Source: Bacteroidota bacterium (GTDB lineage: Bacteria; Bacteroidota; Bacteroidia; Chitinophagales; UBA8649). From it: a stretch of DNA of 64,000 nt. The notes under the pieces are model-generated. The model made no database searches and was not told the origin of the DNA. It saw nothing but the letters and a program-made list of their open reading frames with translations. Below, in pieces: positions 1-9,585 of this stretch; position 1 is the first letter of the stretch; each line of letters begins with the position of its first letter. A program made the position numbers and the translations under genes. Where the stretch lies: NCBI GenBank assembly GCA_002862745.1, contig PKDX01000047.1, forward strand, positions 40,371-104,370, read 5' to 3'.

Positions 1-3000
1 GGCGGTACCTCGTGGATTGATATTCAAGGCTTTGATACCTTAAACTATGGAAGTGGAGGTCTGTTTAATATTCCAATTCCTGCGGGTGCACAGACGACGT
101 CAACTCAGTTTCGCTGGTTCCAACAACAAACGGGATCTGGAGATAACTGGGCTATTGATAACGTGAAGCTCACAACATACTGCTGTGGTTCATCGTGTTT
201 TGTCGGTCAATATGATATCAATTGGCAGGCTGATCCAACATTATTTGTCATACCTACATTCAATGCCCCAGATACTATTGCGCTGGCCAACCCAACAGAA
301 ACAACGACCTATCAGATTAACGTAACCGATGGTTTTTGTGTAGGAAGTGCGGCGGTAACGGTCTTTATGGATACGAGTATTGCCATTACGGACATTACAC
401 CTGATACTACCTTTTGTGGTCTATTCCAAAATTATCCGCTGACAACAAACTATACCTTCGGAACTGGTGGAACGCCTCGCGTGACTTGGAATAATGTTAC
501 GCTGGGAGGGTATAATGGGATTCTTCCAAGTAGTCCGTTTAGTCAGAATATTCTTGTTAACGGAAATCAAACGATGTCTTTCCAGGTTACCATCTCAGAT
601 GATCAAAATCCAGGCTGTGAAGACCGAGATACCGTTACCCTAACCGTAGGAACGATTGCTGAGCCGACAAACGTTGTGGTCGTCGATGAACAATGCGGTG
701 GAGCTTGTGATGGCTCAATCACCATGGATGGTTTGAATGGAACGCCACCATATTCATATTCCATAGATTCAGGATTGACCTTCCAATCATCCAATACGTT
801 CACGGGTCTCTGTCCAGGCACTTACTACCTAATGGTTGGTGATCAAGTTGGCCAAACAGGATGTAGTGCTGCCCAACAATTTACGGTTAATGCCGCCCCT
901 TCTTTTGAATTGACAAGTTTTTCAGTTGATGGTTTTGACTGCGCTGGATCGACATCGGGATCAGTCACAGTTAATTATACTGCGGGACAAGGACCCTACA
1001 CCATTGTTGCGAACGGTAATAATATTGGGTCAGTAGTTGCTTCATCGTACACAGTAACCAATTTATCAGCAGGAAGTTTATCAATTCAAATTACCAATGC
1101 TGCCGGATGTGTTATTGATACCTTGATTCCTCTTTCTGACCCGAACGGTTTTGTTATTGACTCTGTGGTAGTGAACTCCGTTTCGTGTAATGGGGGAAGT
1201 GATGGAGCTATAACCGTGTATTCTACTGGAGGAATTGGTACCATATCTTATGATTTAGGAAATGGTATAACACAAAGCTCAAATTCGTTTAGTGGATTAA
1301 GCGCTGGCTTGTATACCGATATTGTACTAACTGATGCTAATGGATGTGAAGCTTTTGCTACGGGGCTTGTCGATCAACCCACCGCGATTGTTTTAAATGT
1401 CACCGCCATTATTCCTGTATCAGGTTTTGGCGCAAGTGATGGTTCAGTACAATTCAATGCGAATGGAGGAAGTGCTCCTTATAACTTCACTTTGGATGGC
1501 CTTTCATCAAGTGGTACACTTTCCTTTGATAATCTCTCGGCTGGTGATTATTTACTGCAAGTTACAGATGCAAATGGCTGTGTTATGTCTGATAGTGTTT
1601 TTGTAACTGAACCCCTCCCACTAACCTTGCCTGCAGTTGACTTTGTGAGCATCGACTGCTTTGGAGAAAGTACTGGGTCAATAACCTTACAGGCAGAGGG
1701 AGGTATTCCGCCTTATAACTACAGTATAGACTGCGGCCTAACCTATCAGAGCTCCAATGTATTTGCGGGACTTGCTGCCGGGACCTACTCAGTAACTGTT
1801 CAAGACAATATAGGTGATACGGTTGCATGTCAATCCGTTGTTTTATCGGAAAATCCGCTCTTATTTGTCTCTGGTGTTCTTGCCGATAGCGTGTTATGTA
1901 GAGGGGATAGTGATGGTCAAATTGAGTATACCGTGCAAGGAGGCGAAGCGCCATATACCTTTGCTATGGTGGGTGTTCCAAGTCAAAGTGATGGCCTGTT
2001 CACGGGACTTCCAGCTGGGAATTACCTTGCTACAATAACCGATGCGGTTGGTTGTACGGTTGATACCTCTGCGGTTATAGGTGCACCTGAACTTTTAGAT
2101 ATTGATGTAGTCCGTTCTGCAGATCTCTCCTGTTTTGAGTCAGATAATGGTGAGATTGAGGTATTTGCTCAAGGTGGTAGTGGCATATTAACCATTGAAT
2201 TGGAGGAGCTCGGTTTGACGGGTAATGTGTTTAACGCACTATCCGCTGGTCTCTACACTGCCACGGTAACTGATGAGAATCTATGTGATGCCTCAATACA
2301 AGTTAATATTAGTCAACCCGATGCCATCGATGCAGACTACACCACTGAAGATGTAAGTTGCTTTGGTTACCAGGACGGCCGATTAGTAATTAATGGAGTT
2401 TCCGGAGGTAGTGGGAGTTATTCTTTAGCATTTAACTCAGATACCATCATTTCAAACTTATCCTCCGCCGTAATTGATACATTGGCTACGGGCTTAAATG
2501 TCTTCACAATTATTGATGCTAACAATTGTCCTTTAACCTTAATGTTTACTATCGAGGAGCCGGATGCGTTAAGCGCTTCGCTCGATGTTCGTGATCCAAG
2601 ATGTCAAGGACAGGCCAATGGAACGGTTGATTTTACGGTCAGCGGTGGAACAGGTCCTTTCAATGCCTTTGTTGTTGATCCTTTAAGTGGGGATACAAGT
2701 ATTTCACTAGGGTTAACGGTTACGGGATTGGTTGGAGATGCAACGTATGATGTTGGTGTACTTGATGCCAACGGATGTGTATTGAGCGATATAGTAACAT
2801 TGGTAGATCCTTCGTCTGTTGAGATTGTAAGCTATGCTGTAAATAATCCGCGTTGCTATGACCAGGCAACAGCCTCTATTGTCATTGATTCCATTACACC
2901 TGGCTCTATTACGGACTATACATTTACATTGATAGGAACAGGTCTTGCTGCAAACAATGGTATAATCGAAGGCGCTACCTCAGGCGTCTACTCTTTGGCT

Positions 3001-3576
3001 GCTACTGAGAATGTTGGAGGTTGTACAGACACTGTTGATGTTTTTATAGGTGAACCAGCTCCTCTTTATTTAGAGACATCACCAGATACTACGGTAAGAT
3101 TAGGTGAGGCTATCGAGATTTTTGTTGGGGATGACTTTCAGTCCTATTCATGGTCTCCAAATACGGGACTAAGCTGTTCGGATTGCATCAACCCAACCGT
3201 TCTTGTTTATGAGGATGTAACCTATGAAATCAATGCGGTAGATAGCAACGGATGTGTCAACGAAAACCTTGCAACGATTACTGTTAAGGTAGATGACGAG
3301 TTGGCCTTATTCGTCCCTGATGCCTTTACGCCTAATGGCGATGGAATGAACGATGTGCTATTGGTCTATGGAGTTAATCTAGTCGATGCTCAGATTTCAA
3401 TCTATAACCGATGGGGTGAGCTTGTGTTCGCTAGTAATGCTGCGCATCTCGAAGGATGGGACGGTACATTCAAGGGTGTAAAGCAAGAGCCTGGAACCTT
3501 TTCCTACATTTTGGATGTTACCTTCCTCAATGGATACACCGATATGCGAAAGGGTAGTTTCTTACTCCTTCATTAG
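1..3576 (+). CDS. Giant cell-surface adhesin (5' end lies outside the window): SprB-type repeat array plus T9SS type-B (gliding-motility-associated, CHU_C-like) C-terminal sorting domain
   Basis: Frame 1 is open from base 1 and is the same frame as the listed GTG at 163, so the gene starts upstream of the window. It has ten ~80-aa Cys-bracketed units. The C-terminus reads FVPDAFTPNGDGMND...IYNRWGELVF...GWDGTFKG, typical of Bacteroidota type-B CTDs. Confidence 0.85.
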   Translation, partial: GGTSWIDIQGFDTLNYGSGGLFNIPIPAGAQTTSTQFRWFQQQTGSGDNWAIDNVKLTTYCCGSSCFVGQYDINWQADPTLFVIPTFNAPDTIALANPTETTTYQINVTDGFCVGSAAVTVFMDTSIAITDITPDTTFCGLFQNYPLTTNYTFGTGGTPRVTWNNVTLGGYNGILPSSPFSQNILVNGNQTMSFQVTISDDQNPGCEDRDTVTLTVGTIAEPTNVVVVDEQCGGACDGSITMDGLNGTPPYSYSIDSGLTFQSSNTFTGLCPGTYYLMVGDQVGQTGCSAAQQFTVNAAPSFELTSFSVDGFDCAGSTSGSVTVNYTAGQGPYTIVANGNNIGSVVASSYTVTNLSAGSLSIQITNAAGCVIDTLIPLSDPNGFVIDSVVVNSVSCNGGSDGAITVYSTGGIGTISYDLGNGITQSSNSFSGLSAGLYTDIVLTDANGCEAFATGLVDQPTAIVLNVTAIIPVSGFGASDGSVQFNANGGSAPYNFTLDGLSSSGTLSFDNLSAGDYLLQVTDANGCVMSDSVFVTEPLPLTLPAVDFVSIDCFGESTGSITLQAEGGIPPYNYSIDCGLTYQSSNVFAGLAAGTYSVTVQDNIGDTVACQSVVLSENPLLFVSGVLADSVLCRGDSDGQIEYTVQGGEAPYTFAMVGVPSQSDGLFTGLPAGNYLATITDAVGCTVDTSAVIGAPELLDIDVVRSADLSCFESDNGEIEVFAQGGSGILTIELEELGLTGNVFNALSAGLYTATVTDENLCDASIQVNISQPDAIDADYTTEDVSCFGYQDGRLVINGVSGGSGSYSLAFNSDTIISNLSSAVIDTLATGLNVFTIIDANNCPLTLMFTIEEPDALSASLDVRDPRCQGQANGTVDFTVSGGTGPFNAFVVDPLSGDTSISLGLTVTGLVGDATYDVGVLDANGCVLSDIVTLVDPSSVEIVSYAVNNPRCYDQATASIVIDSITPGSITDYTFTLIGTGLAANNGIIEGATSGVYSLAATENVGGCTDTVDVFIGEPAPLYLETSPDTTVRLGEAIEIFVGDDFQSYSWSPNTGLSCSDCINPTVLVYEDVTYEINAVDSNGCVNENLATITVKVDDELALFVPDAFTPNGDGMNDVLLVYGVNLVDAQISIYNRWGELVFASNAAHLEGWDGTFKGVKQEPGTFSYILDVTFLNGYTDMRKGSFLLLH
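661..3066 (+). repeat. Ten tandem protein-level SprB-type repeats (~80 aa each); divergent at DNA level
   Basis: Recurring pattern C-x-G-x-x-(D/N/T)G-x-(I/V)...GG-x-x-PY-x-(Y/F)...(F)-x-G-L-x-AG-x-Y...D-x-x-GC...(E/D)P. I counted it ten times between residues ~167 and ~968 of the listed ORF. Confidence 0.7.
3298..3573 (+). other. T9SS type-B C-terminal sorting domain of the adhesin
   Basis: The last 92 aa are ELALFVPDAFTPNGDGMNDVLLVYGVN...ISIYNRWGELVFAS...GWDGTFKG...PGTFSYIL. Confidence 0.75.
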
Positions 3577-3626
3577 AAGTGGATTAGATTCGTAAAGAAG
3601 TAGAATTTTCTTTGTTTCTTCACTGA

Positions 3627-5636
3627 ATGAAGGATGACAACACGCTCGCAAAATCAGTCTATTTTGATTATGATCTAGATGGAGTGCCTTCGGATAAGGT
3701 ATTGGCTTTATACGAAGTAATGCTTACTTCTCGTCTTATCGAAGAGAAAATGCTCAGCTTACTTCGTCAAGGAAAGATTTCGAAGTGGTTCTCTGGAATT
3801 GGACAAGAGGCGATTTCTGCTGCTGCCTCAATCGGTATGCATAGCGACGAGTTTATTCTTCCCATGCATAGAAATCTTGGGGTTTTTGTAGGACGAAACG
3901 TGCCGTTAGATCGTTTATTTGCTCAATGGTTGGGAAAGCCGAAAGGCTATACTAAGGGAAGAGACCGTTCCTTCCACTTTGGTACGACGGAGCACAACAT
4001 AGTCGGAATGATCTCTCATTTAGGGCCTCAGTTGGCTGTTGCCGATGGCATTGCCTTGAAATATGCCTTGGCAAAAGAGAATAAAGCTGTCTTAGTATTT
4101 ACTGGCGAAGGGGGAACAAGTGAAGGTGATTTTCATGAAGCACTCAATGTAGCCGCCGTTTGGCAATTACCGGTTGTCTTTGTTATTGAGAATAACGGCT
4201 ATGGGCTCTCTACACCTGCGTCTAAGCAATATCGGTGTGAAAAGCTCTCTGATCGCGGATTAGGCTACGGGATTCCTTCGTTCTCTATCGAAGGAAATAA
4301 CGTTATTGAAGTCTTTAAGCACATCACTTATCACGGACAGCGCTGTCGAGATGGGAAAGGCCCTGTGTTACTGGAATGTAATACGTTTCGTATGCGTGGC
4401 CATGAGGAGGCATCAGGTGTTAAGTATGTTCCACAGCATCATTTTGATGAGTGGTCTGTCAAAGATCCTTTGGCGAATTATGAATTGTTTCTAGCTGAAT
4501 GTGGGATCTTAACTGAAACATCTATTCAAGAAAAGCGCGAGAGCATTAAGGCAAGTATTCAAGAGAATTGGAATAAGGCTATTGGTTATGAAAATGTACA
4601 GGTATCGACGGCACAAGAACTACAAGATGTCTATGCAATGCATAATCCTGTATCCGTAGATCCATTGCATGAAACCAAGGAAATGCGATTTGTCGATGCG
4701 ATTTCGGATGGCTTAAAAGAAGCTATGATGGACGATGACACCTTGGTTGTTATGGGCCAAGATGTAGGGGATTACGGTGGAGTATTTAAGATTACTGAAG
4801 GCTTTGTTGACTTGTTTGGAACGGACCGTGTTAGAGATACGCCTTTGTGCGAATCAGCTATTCTGAGTGCCTCCTTAGGGTATAGCATTGCTGGCTGTAA
4901 GAGCGTTGTGGAAATGCAATTTGCCGACTTTGTCTCTTCGGGTTTTACGGCAATCGTAAACAATCTCGCAAAAAGTCATTACCGATGGGGGCAAGCAGCA
5001 AGTGTGGTTGTTCGCATGCCGACGGGTGCTGGGGTAGGAGCTGGCCCATACCACTCTCAATCCAATGAGGGTTGGTTTACGCATACTGCTGGGCTGAAAG
5101 TTGTTTTTCCTTCGTCACCTCGTGATGCAAAAGGCATGCTATTGGCGGCGATCAACGATCCAAATCCTGTGATGTTTTTTGAACACAAAGCATTGTATCG
5201 AAGTCTAAAAGATGAGGTTCCAGTAGGCTACTATACGACGTCAATTGATCATGGTGCTGTCGTTCAAGAGGGGAGTGATGTAACAATCATAACCTATGGG
5301 ATGGGGGTGCATTGGGCCAAAGAGATTGCCGAAGCCATAGATTGCGATGCACACATATTTGATTTGCGAAGTCTTGCTCCGTTGGATTATGATGGTATCC
5401 GTAAGGCGGTTGAGGCTACGGGTAAAGTATTAGTATTACAAGAAGATGTAGAAATCGGCGGAATAGGCAGTGATGTTTGCCGTTGGATTGGAGAGCATAT
5501 GTTTGAAGAACTTGACGCGCCCGTGCGCTTTATATCTAGCTTACAGAGCCCCGTTCCCTTTCATCCAGATCTTGAATCTAATTATCTTGCGAAGTCGCGA
5601 CTGCAAGAAAGTTTGCAGGACTTAATGGACTATTAA
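3627..5636 (+). CDS. 2-oxoacid (branched-chain type) dehydrogenase E1 component, fused alpha/beta subunits
   Basis: The N-terminal half has the TPP-binding signature GEGGTSEGDFHEALNVAAVWQLPVVFVIENNGYG. The C-terminal half is E1-beta-like (MRFVDAISDGLKEAM...VMGQDVGDYGGVFKITEGF...DTPLCESAI). It is one uninterrupted 669-aa ORF. Confidence 0.85.
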   Translation: MKDDNTLAKSVYFDYDLDGVPSDKVLALYEVMLTSRLIEEKMLSLLRQGKISKWFSGIGQEAISAAASIGMHSDEFILPMHRNLGVFVGRNVPLDRLFAQWLGKPKGYTKGRDRSFHFGTTEHNIVGMISHLGPQLAVADGIALKYALAKENKAVLVFTGEGGTSEGDFHEALNVAAVWQLPVVFVIENNGYGLSTPASKQYRCEKLSDRGLGYGIPSFSIEGNNVIEVFKHITYHGQRCRDGKGPVLLECNTFRMRGHEEASGVKYVPQHHFDEWSVKDPLANYELFLAECGILTETSIQEKRESIKASIQENWNKAIGYENVQVSTAQELQDVYAMHNPVSVDPLHETKEMRFVDAISDGLKEAMMDDDTLVVMGQDVGDYGGVFKITEGFVDLFGTDRVRDTPLCESAILSASLGYSIAGCKSVVEMQFADFVSSGFTAIVNNLAKSHYRWGQAASVVVRMPTGAGVGAGPYHSQSNEGWFTHTAGLKVVFPSSPRDAKGMLLAAINDPNPVMFFEHKALYRSLKDEVPVGYYTTSIDHGAVVQEGSDVTIITYGMGVHWAKEIAEAIDCDAHIFDLRSLAPLDYDGIRKAVEATGKVLVLQEDVEIGGIGSDVCRWIGEHMFEELDAPVRFISSLQSPVPFHPDLESNYLAKSRLQESLQDLMDY

Positions 5637-6223
5637 TTTTCAATCCATCGAATGACCTCTTCATCTAGAATGGAGGCTCTTGGATCAATCATAGCGTGAT
5701 ATGTGCCATCGGCGTTGATGAGATACTTTTGAAAATTCCATCCAACTTTGGAGCTCTCCACGCCATTTTCATTTTCTGAGGTTAGCCATGTATAAATTGG
5801 ATGCTGTTTATTGCCCTTAACGCTGATTTTAGCCATCATGGGAAAGGTCACCCCATATTTCGCAGAACAAAAGGTTTGAATACTCTCATTGCTACCGGGT
5901 TCTTGAGAAAGGAAGTTGTTTGCTGGAAAGCCGACGATGACAAGGTTCTCGTCTTTGTACTTGTCATATAGCTCTTGCAGGTCCTTGTACTGAGGTGTAA
6001 GACCGCAATAGGAAGCTACATTTACAACGATAATCTTTTTACCTGTCAATGCTGCGAAATCGAAGGAGTTTCCTTCAATATCTTCGACGGTAAACTGATG
6101 GATAGTATTCATAGGGATGGATTCATCAACACTAACATATTCACTAGGTTTTTGACCAGAGCATGCATTGAGTATTGCAGAAAAAAATAGGGATGTGACG
6201 AGAACGAAGAGGTTACTTTTCAT
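5633..6223 (-). CDS. Glutathione peroxidase (Cys-type), probable lipoprotein
   Basis: Motifs NVASYCGLT, GFPANNFLSQEPG and WNFQKYLI. The start was moved to the internal ATG at 6223, which gives the signal peptide MKSNLFVLVTSLFFSAILNAC with a lipobox-like Cys. The stop codon overlaps the stop of the convergent E1 gene (TTAA). Confidence 0.85.
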   Translation of the reverse strand: MKSNLFVLVTSLFFSAILNACSGQKPSEYVSVDESIPMNTIHQFTVEDIEGNSFDFAALTGKKIIVVNVASYCGLTPQYKDLQELYDKYKDENLVIVGFPANNFLSQEPGSNESIQTFCSAKYGVTFPMMAKISVKGNKQHPIYTWLTSENENGVESSKVGWNFQKYLINADGTYHAMIDPRASILDEEVIRWIEN

Positions 6224-6263
6224 AGATGTGTAACAACGCAAAATCTGTTATGTTCTGAATGGC

Positions 6264-7037
6264 TTATGCGTTTCGAAGGAGTGCCTTGTTCAGTTCTTCT
6301 TCCATGCTTCCCATACTTTCATAAAGTTGCTCATAGGAGTCAATCACAAAGTATTGTTTTTGAAAGTCGTGCTTGTAATACGGCGTATCAAAAATATGTG
6401 CCAGGTCAAAGGCATAGCGCGGAACTTCAGGGTCTTCTGTGGCAAAAACACTTTCTCCAGAGGAAGACATAATACCTGCGCCGTAAAGCTTCAGCCCTTC
6501 CTGCTCTCGAATAAGTCCAAACTCCACCGTAAACCAATACAAACGGCTCATGAGATTAACGGCTTTTGGGTTGTCGATATAACGAAGCGTCACTTCGGCC
6601 ATCTTTTGCACAAAATCAACGAAGGGTTGAATACTAAGTAGCGGAACATGAGCAAACACATCGTGAAACATGTCAGGTTCTTCGAGGTACTCTAGCTCCT
6701 CCTTACTTCGCAACCATGTAGTCGCTGGGAACTTCTTGGCCGCCAAGAACTCAAAGAATGGCTTATCGTCAATGAGGCCAGGTACGATAAAAACTTCCCA
6801 ACCCGTGGCTGCTTTAAGGCGTTGGTTGACCTCTTTGATTACGGGAATTTTTTCACGCTCAAAACCACAAAGTTCTAGTCCTTGAAAATACTTTTCAGTT
6901 GCTCTACTTTGGAGTATCGGAAGTTGAGCATCATACAAGGTTGTCCAGACCTCGAAGTGCTCTTCAGTATATGCCTCATACTCTTGAGACATAGGTTCTA
7001 GCGGCAATTCGTAGGGCTTTCTGTTTTGGAGTTCCAT
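6264..7037 (-). CDS. phhA: Phenylalanine 4-monooxygenase (aromatic amino acid hydroxylase)
   Basis: Bacterial PAH-sized protein (257 aa) with the iron-ligand region PDMFHDVFAHVPLL and YWFTVEFGLI. Confidence 0.85.
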   Translation of the reverse strand: MELQNRKPYELPLEPMSQEYEAYTEEHFEVWTTLYDAQLPILQSRATEKYFQGLELCGFEREKIPVIKEVNQRLKAATGWEVFIVPGLIDDKPFFEFLAAKKFPATTWLRSKEELEYLEEPDMFHDVFAHVPLLSIQPFVDFVQKMAEVTLRYIDNPKAVNLMSRLYWFTVEFGLIREQEGLKLYGAGIMSSSGESVFATEDPEVPRYAFDLAHIFDTPYYKHDFQKQYFVIDSYEQLYESMGSMEEELNKALLRNA

Positions 7038-7082
7038 TCCTAAAAGATACGACTTCTAAAATGAATGCCCTTAAGCCTAGTC

Positions 7083-7694
7083 TTATAACCAATCTACCTT
7101 ACCCGAGCCTAAGTTGTAAAAGGCTCCGTAAACTCCAATTTTTCCTTCGTCAAGGAGATCTTTGAGTATGGGGCTTTTAGCGCGAATCTGCTCAATGGCC
7201 ACTTCAACATTCTTTTTAGCGACTTCATTGGTATGGCTTTCGTCGACTACAACACTATGTTCTTTTTCGTATTGCTCAATGGATTCGTCAATGCGTACGA
7301 GTGTTGTGGTGATGTTGCCAAGACGCACTTTCGAACAGGCAGCTTTGACCGCTCCGCAGCTTTCATGGGCCATGACAACAATAACTTTAGTCCCTACAAC
7401 AGCGCAGGCATATTCCATACCTGCGAGAACATCTTCATTAATGATGTTACCTGCTAGTCGACTCACAAAGATGTCTCCTACAGAACAATCAAAAATAGTT
7501 TCTACGGGAACTCGAGAATCAATGCAACTTAAGACAATCGAGTGGGGAAGTTGCCCATGAGTCGATTTCTCTCTTAAGTCGTTGAGGTCAACGCCTGATA
7601 GAGAAGTTTCAACATAACGTTGGTTGCCCTTTTGCAGAAGCTCTAAAGCATTGGCAGGGCTTAAGTTTTCTAAAACGGATTTTTCAGTAATCAT
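7083..7694 (-). CDS. Beta-class carbonic anhydrase
   Basis: Zinc-ligand motifs SCIDSRVP and HESCGAV. The start is set at ATG 7694, because the longer listed ORF overlaps the SulP gene by 110 nt. That leaves a 4-bp gap to the SulP stop. Confidence 0.85.
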   Translation of the reverse strand: MITEKSVLENLSPANALELLQKGNQRYVETSLSGVDLNDLREKSTHGQLPHSIVLSCIDSRVPVETIFDCSVGDIFVSRLAGNIINEDVLAGMEYACAVVGTKVIVVMAHESCGAVKAACSKVRLGNITTTLVRIDESIEQYEKEHSVVVDESHTNEVAKKNVEVAIEQIRAKSPILKDLLDEGKIGVYGAFYNLGSGKVDWL

Positions 7695-7698
7695 AAGT

Positions 7699-9228
7699 TT
7701 ATTTTGTAGAGTTTTTGATAGTAATGGCTTTTCGAATGGCTTCTTCTTGGAAGTCTTGGAAGACATCAACAATATCATTGTCGATGGCACCGTCGCCTGT
7801 GTAGACAATCTCTAGTGCTGATCCTTCGGGAAGATCATTGAGCGCCTTAATTAAGGATGCCTTACGCAAATAGGTTGCATGCTTCGTTAGATGGAGCTGT
7901 AATTTCTTCGAATCTCCGCCAACCTGATCAAATACGATAGGCGATTTAAACTGCTTCCACATGATAAAAAAGACGGCGATAACAAGCCCTATGCTTACTC
8001 CTTTTAGTAAGTCCAAGAATAGGATCCCTGCAATGGTGGCAATAAATGGAATGAATTGTACATATCCTTTCTTCCACATTGCAATAAACAGACTTGGTTT
8101 AGCCAGCTTGTAACCCACTAAGAAGAGAATGGCAGCCAAAGAGGCAAAAGGAATCATGCTCAAGAATTGCGGAATGCTAAAGGCGCAAATCAGTAAAAGG
8201 AAACCGTGGATGATGGCCGAATACTTTGATTTTCCGCCGGATTGGATATTGGCCGAACTACGTACAATAACTTGAGTAATCGGAAGTCCCCCAATCAATC
8301 CTGAGATGATGTTTCCAATACCTTGTGCTTTTAACTCTCTATTGGTAGGTGTAGCGAAATGCTCTGGATCAAGCTTATCCGTTGCCTCAACACATAAAAG
8401 CGTTTCAAGGCTAGCCACAATCCATAACACAAAGGCAGTCGTGATGATCGGGTAGATTAAGCTTGTATCCTTAAATACAGACACATCAACGAGTTGAAAC
8501 TGTCCAAAGAATTTATTGGTGTAGGATGAAAAATCTTGGCCTCCGCTTAACAAGGCCTCCATGGATTCAGAACCAGGCATGTTCACGTGATGTCCTGCAA
8601 GAAGTTCTAACATAGATTGGCCTTTGAAAGCAACACCTAGCGCCACACCAAGGATCACCACTAATAGTGGACCCGGCATAATTCGGCTCCATGCCTGACT
8701 TTTTACCCACTTACTCTCATAGATTGCAAGGATAATTAGAGAGATGACGGTTATGGTAATAGGTCCGTAGGCAATTCCCTCAAAAAATCCGAGTTCAGGA
8801 CCAGCAGCCACTTTGATTTGGCCTAAGGCATGGGGTATCTCTTTGATAAAGATTACCAAGCCGATACCTGATAACATGCCTTTGATTACCGAGTTAGGAA
8901 AGAAATAGGCGATAACACCCATTCTGAGAAACCCTGAGGCAAGCTGAAGAACACCGGCTAAGACGACAGCCCATAAAAACGCGCTGTATCCAATTTCTCC
9001 GATAGCGGTTGCTACAATAACCGCTAAACCTGCGGCAGGTCCACTAACGCCAAGTCGGGAACCACTCAAGGCAGCTACTACGATTCCACCAATGATACCG
9101 GCGATAAGCCCTGCGAAAACATTGGGTGCATCGGACACCACTGCAATTCCCAAACAAAGTGGTAATGCGACAAAAAAAACAACAAGACTCGCAGGGACGT
9201 CTTGTTTCCAAGAAAATGAGTTATTCAT
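7699..9228 (-). CDS. SulP-family inorganic anion transporter with C-terminal STAS domain
   Basis: The N-terminal 400 aa are polytopic, hydrophobic and Gly-rich (GLIAGIIGGIVVAALSGS, VRSSANIQSGGKSKYS). A soluble STAS-like tail follows. It sits immediately upstream of a carbonic anhydrase. Confidence 0.85.
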   Translation of the reverse strand: MNNSFSWKQDVPASLVVFFVALPLCLGIAVVSDAPNVFAGLIAGIIGGIVVAALSGSRLGVSGPAAGLAVIVATAIGEIGYSAFLWAVVLAGVLQLASGFLRMGVIAYFFPNSVIKGMLSGIGLVIFIKEIPHALGQIKVAAGPELGFFEGIAYGPITITVISLIILAIYESKWVKSQAWSRIMPGPLLVVILGVALGVAFKGQSMLELLAGHHVNMPGSESMEALLSGGQDFSSYTNKFFGQFQLVDVSVFKDTSLIYPIITTAFVLWIVASLETLLCVEATDKLDPEHFATPTNRELKAQGIGNIISGLIGGLPITQVIVRSSANIQSGGKSKYSAIIHGFLLLICAFSIPQFLSMIPFASLAAILFLVGYKLAKPSLFIAMWKKGYVQFIPFIATIAGILFLDLLKGVSIGLVIAVFFIMWKQFKSPIVFDQVGGDSKKLQLHLTKHATYLRKASLIKALNDLPEGSALEIVYTGDGAIDNDIVDVFQDFQEEAIRKAITIKNSTK

Positions 9229-9267
9229 AATTTAAGATTGATTTAACAAAACAAAAGACGATGTTTG

Positions 9268-9585
9268 TTAGACCCAATCCGGAGGCGGTATTATGATATC
9301 GATGTATAGACTATGATAAAGGCGATTTGCCCCAACATGATTTGATGTATACAGCGTGGGATGTGCAGAGGGCAAACCCACCTGCCGTTCAAGAAATTTT
9401 TCAGATTCTTTTTCCTCGCCTTCTTTTTCCTCTTGTTCGTTTTCCTGGCCCTCTTTTTCCTGTCCTTGACTATCGATGTCTTCGCAGGAGTCTGCATCTG
9501 TGAGGGCGTATGTGATGGCAGGACTTGTTTGGGCAAACAAGAGTCCAATCAAGCAAGTTAAAAGCAAAAGAGAGTGCCATCTCAT
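9268..9585 (-). CDS. Hypothetical small secreted acidic protein
   Basis: Signal peptide MRWHSLLLLTCLIGLLFAQ followed by an E/K/Q-rich low-complexity stretch. No recognisable family. Its coding status rests only on the ORF and the signal peptide. Confidence 0.35.
   Translation of the reverse strand: MRWHSLLLLTCLIGLLFAQTSPAITYALTDADSCEDIDSQGQEKEGQENEQEEKEGEEKESEKFLERQVGLPSAHPTLYTSNHVGANRLYHSLYIDIIIPPPDWV

Noticed and set aside
7162-7560. Long ORFs antisense to or overlapping well-supported genes. Examples are 7162-7560, 1583-1954, 11129-11506, 33862-34182, 42289-42579, 51689-52099 and 60234-60554, plus many 60-100-aa ORFs in the track.
   Set aside because: In every case the other frame or strand encodes a protein with clear family motifs over its full length. 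The shadow ORFs have no recognisable motifs and have skewed compositions typical of out-of-frame or antisense reading.
7695-7808. N-terminal extensions of listed ORFs that overlap the upstream gene: carbonic anhydrase 7695-7808, acyl-CoA dehydrogenase 34809-34922, beta-barrel 44617-44694, CX4CH protein 45580-45618, and similar extensions at trxA, rfbB, the TetR gene and the DUF805 gene.
   Set aside because: Internal ATGs give family-typical N-termini or signal peptides and remove the overlaps, so the extensions are most likely not translated.
9361-9561. Three mutually overlapping ORFs over a polypyrimidine/polypurine low-complexity tract (9268-9603 minus, 9291-9548 minus, 9361-9561 plus).
   Set aside because: Low-complexity sequence keeps several frames open by chance. 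Only the frame with a plausible signal peptide (9268-9585) is retained, and that only at low confidence.
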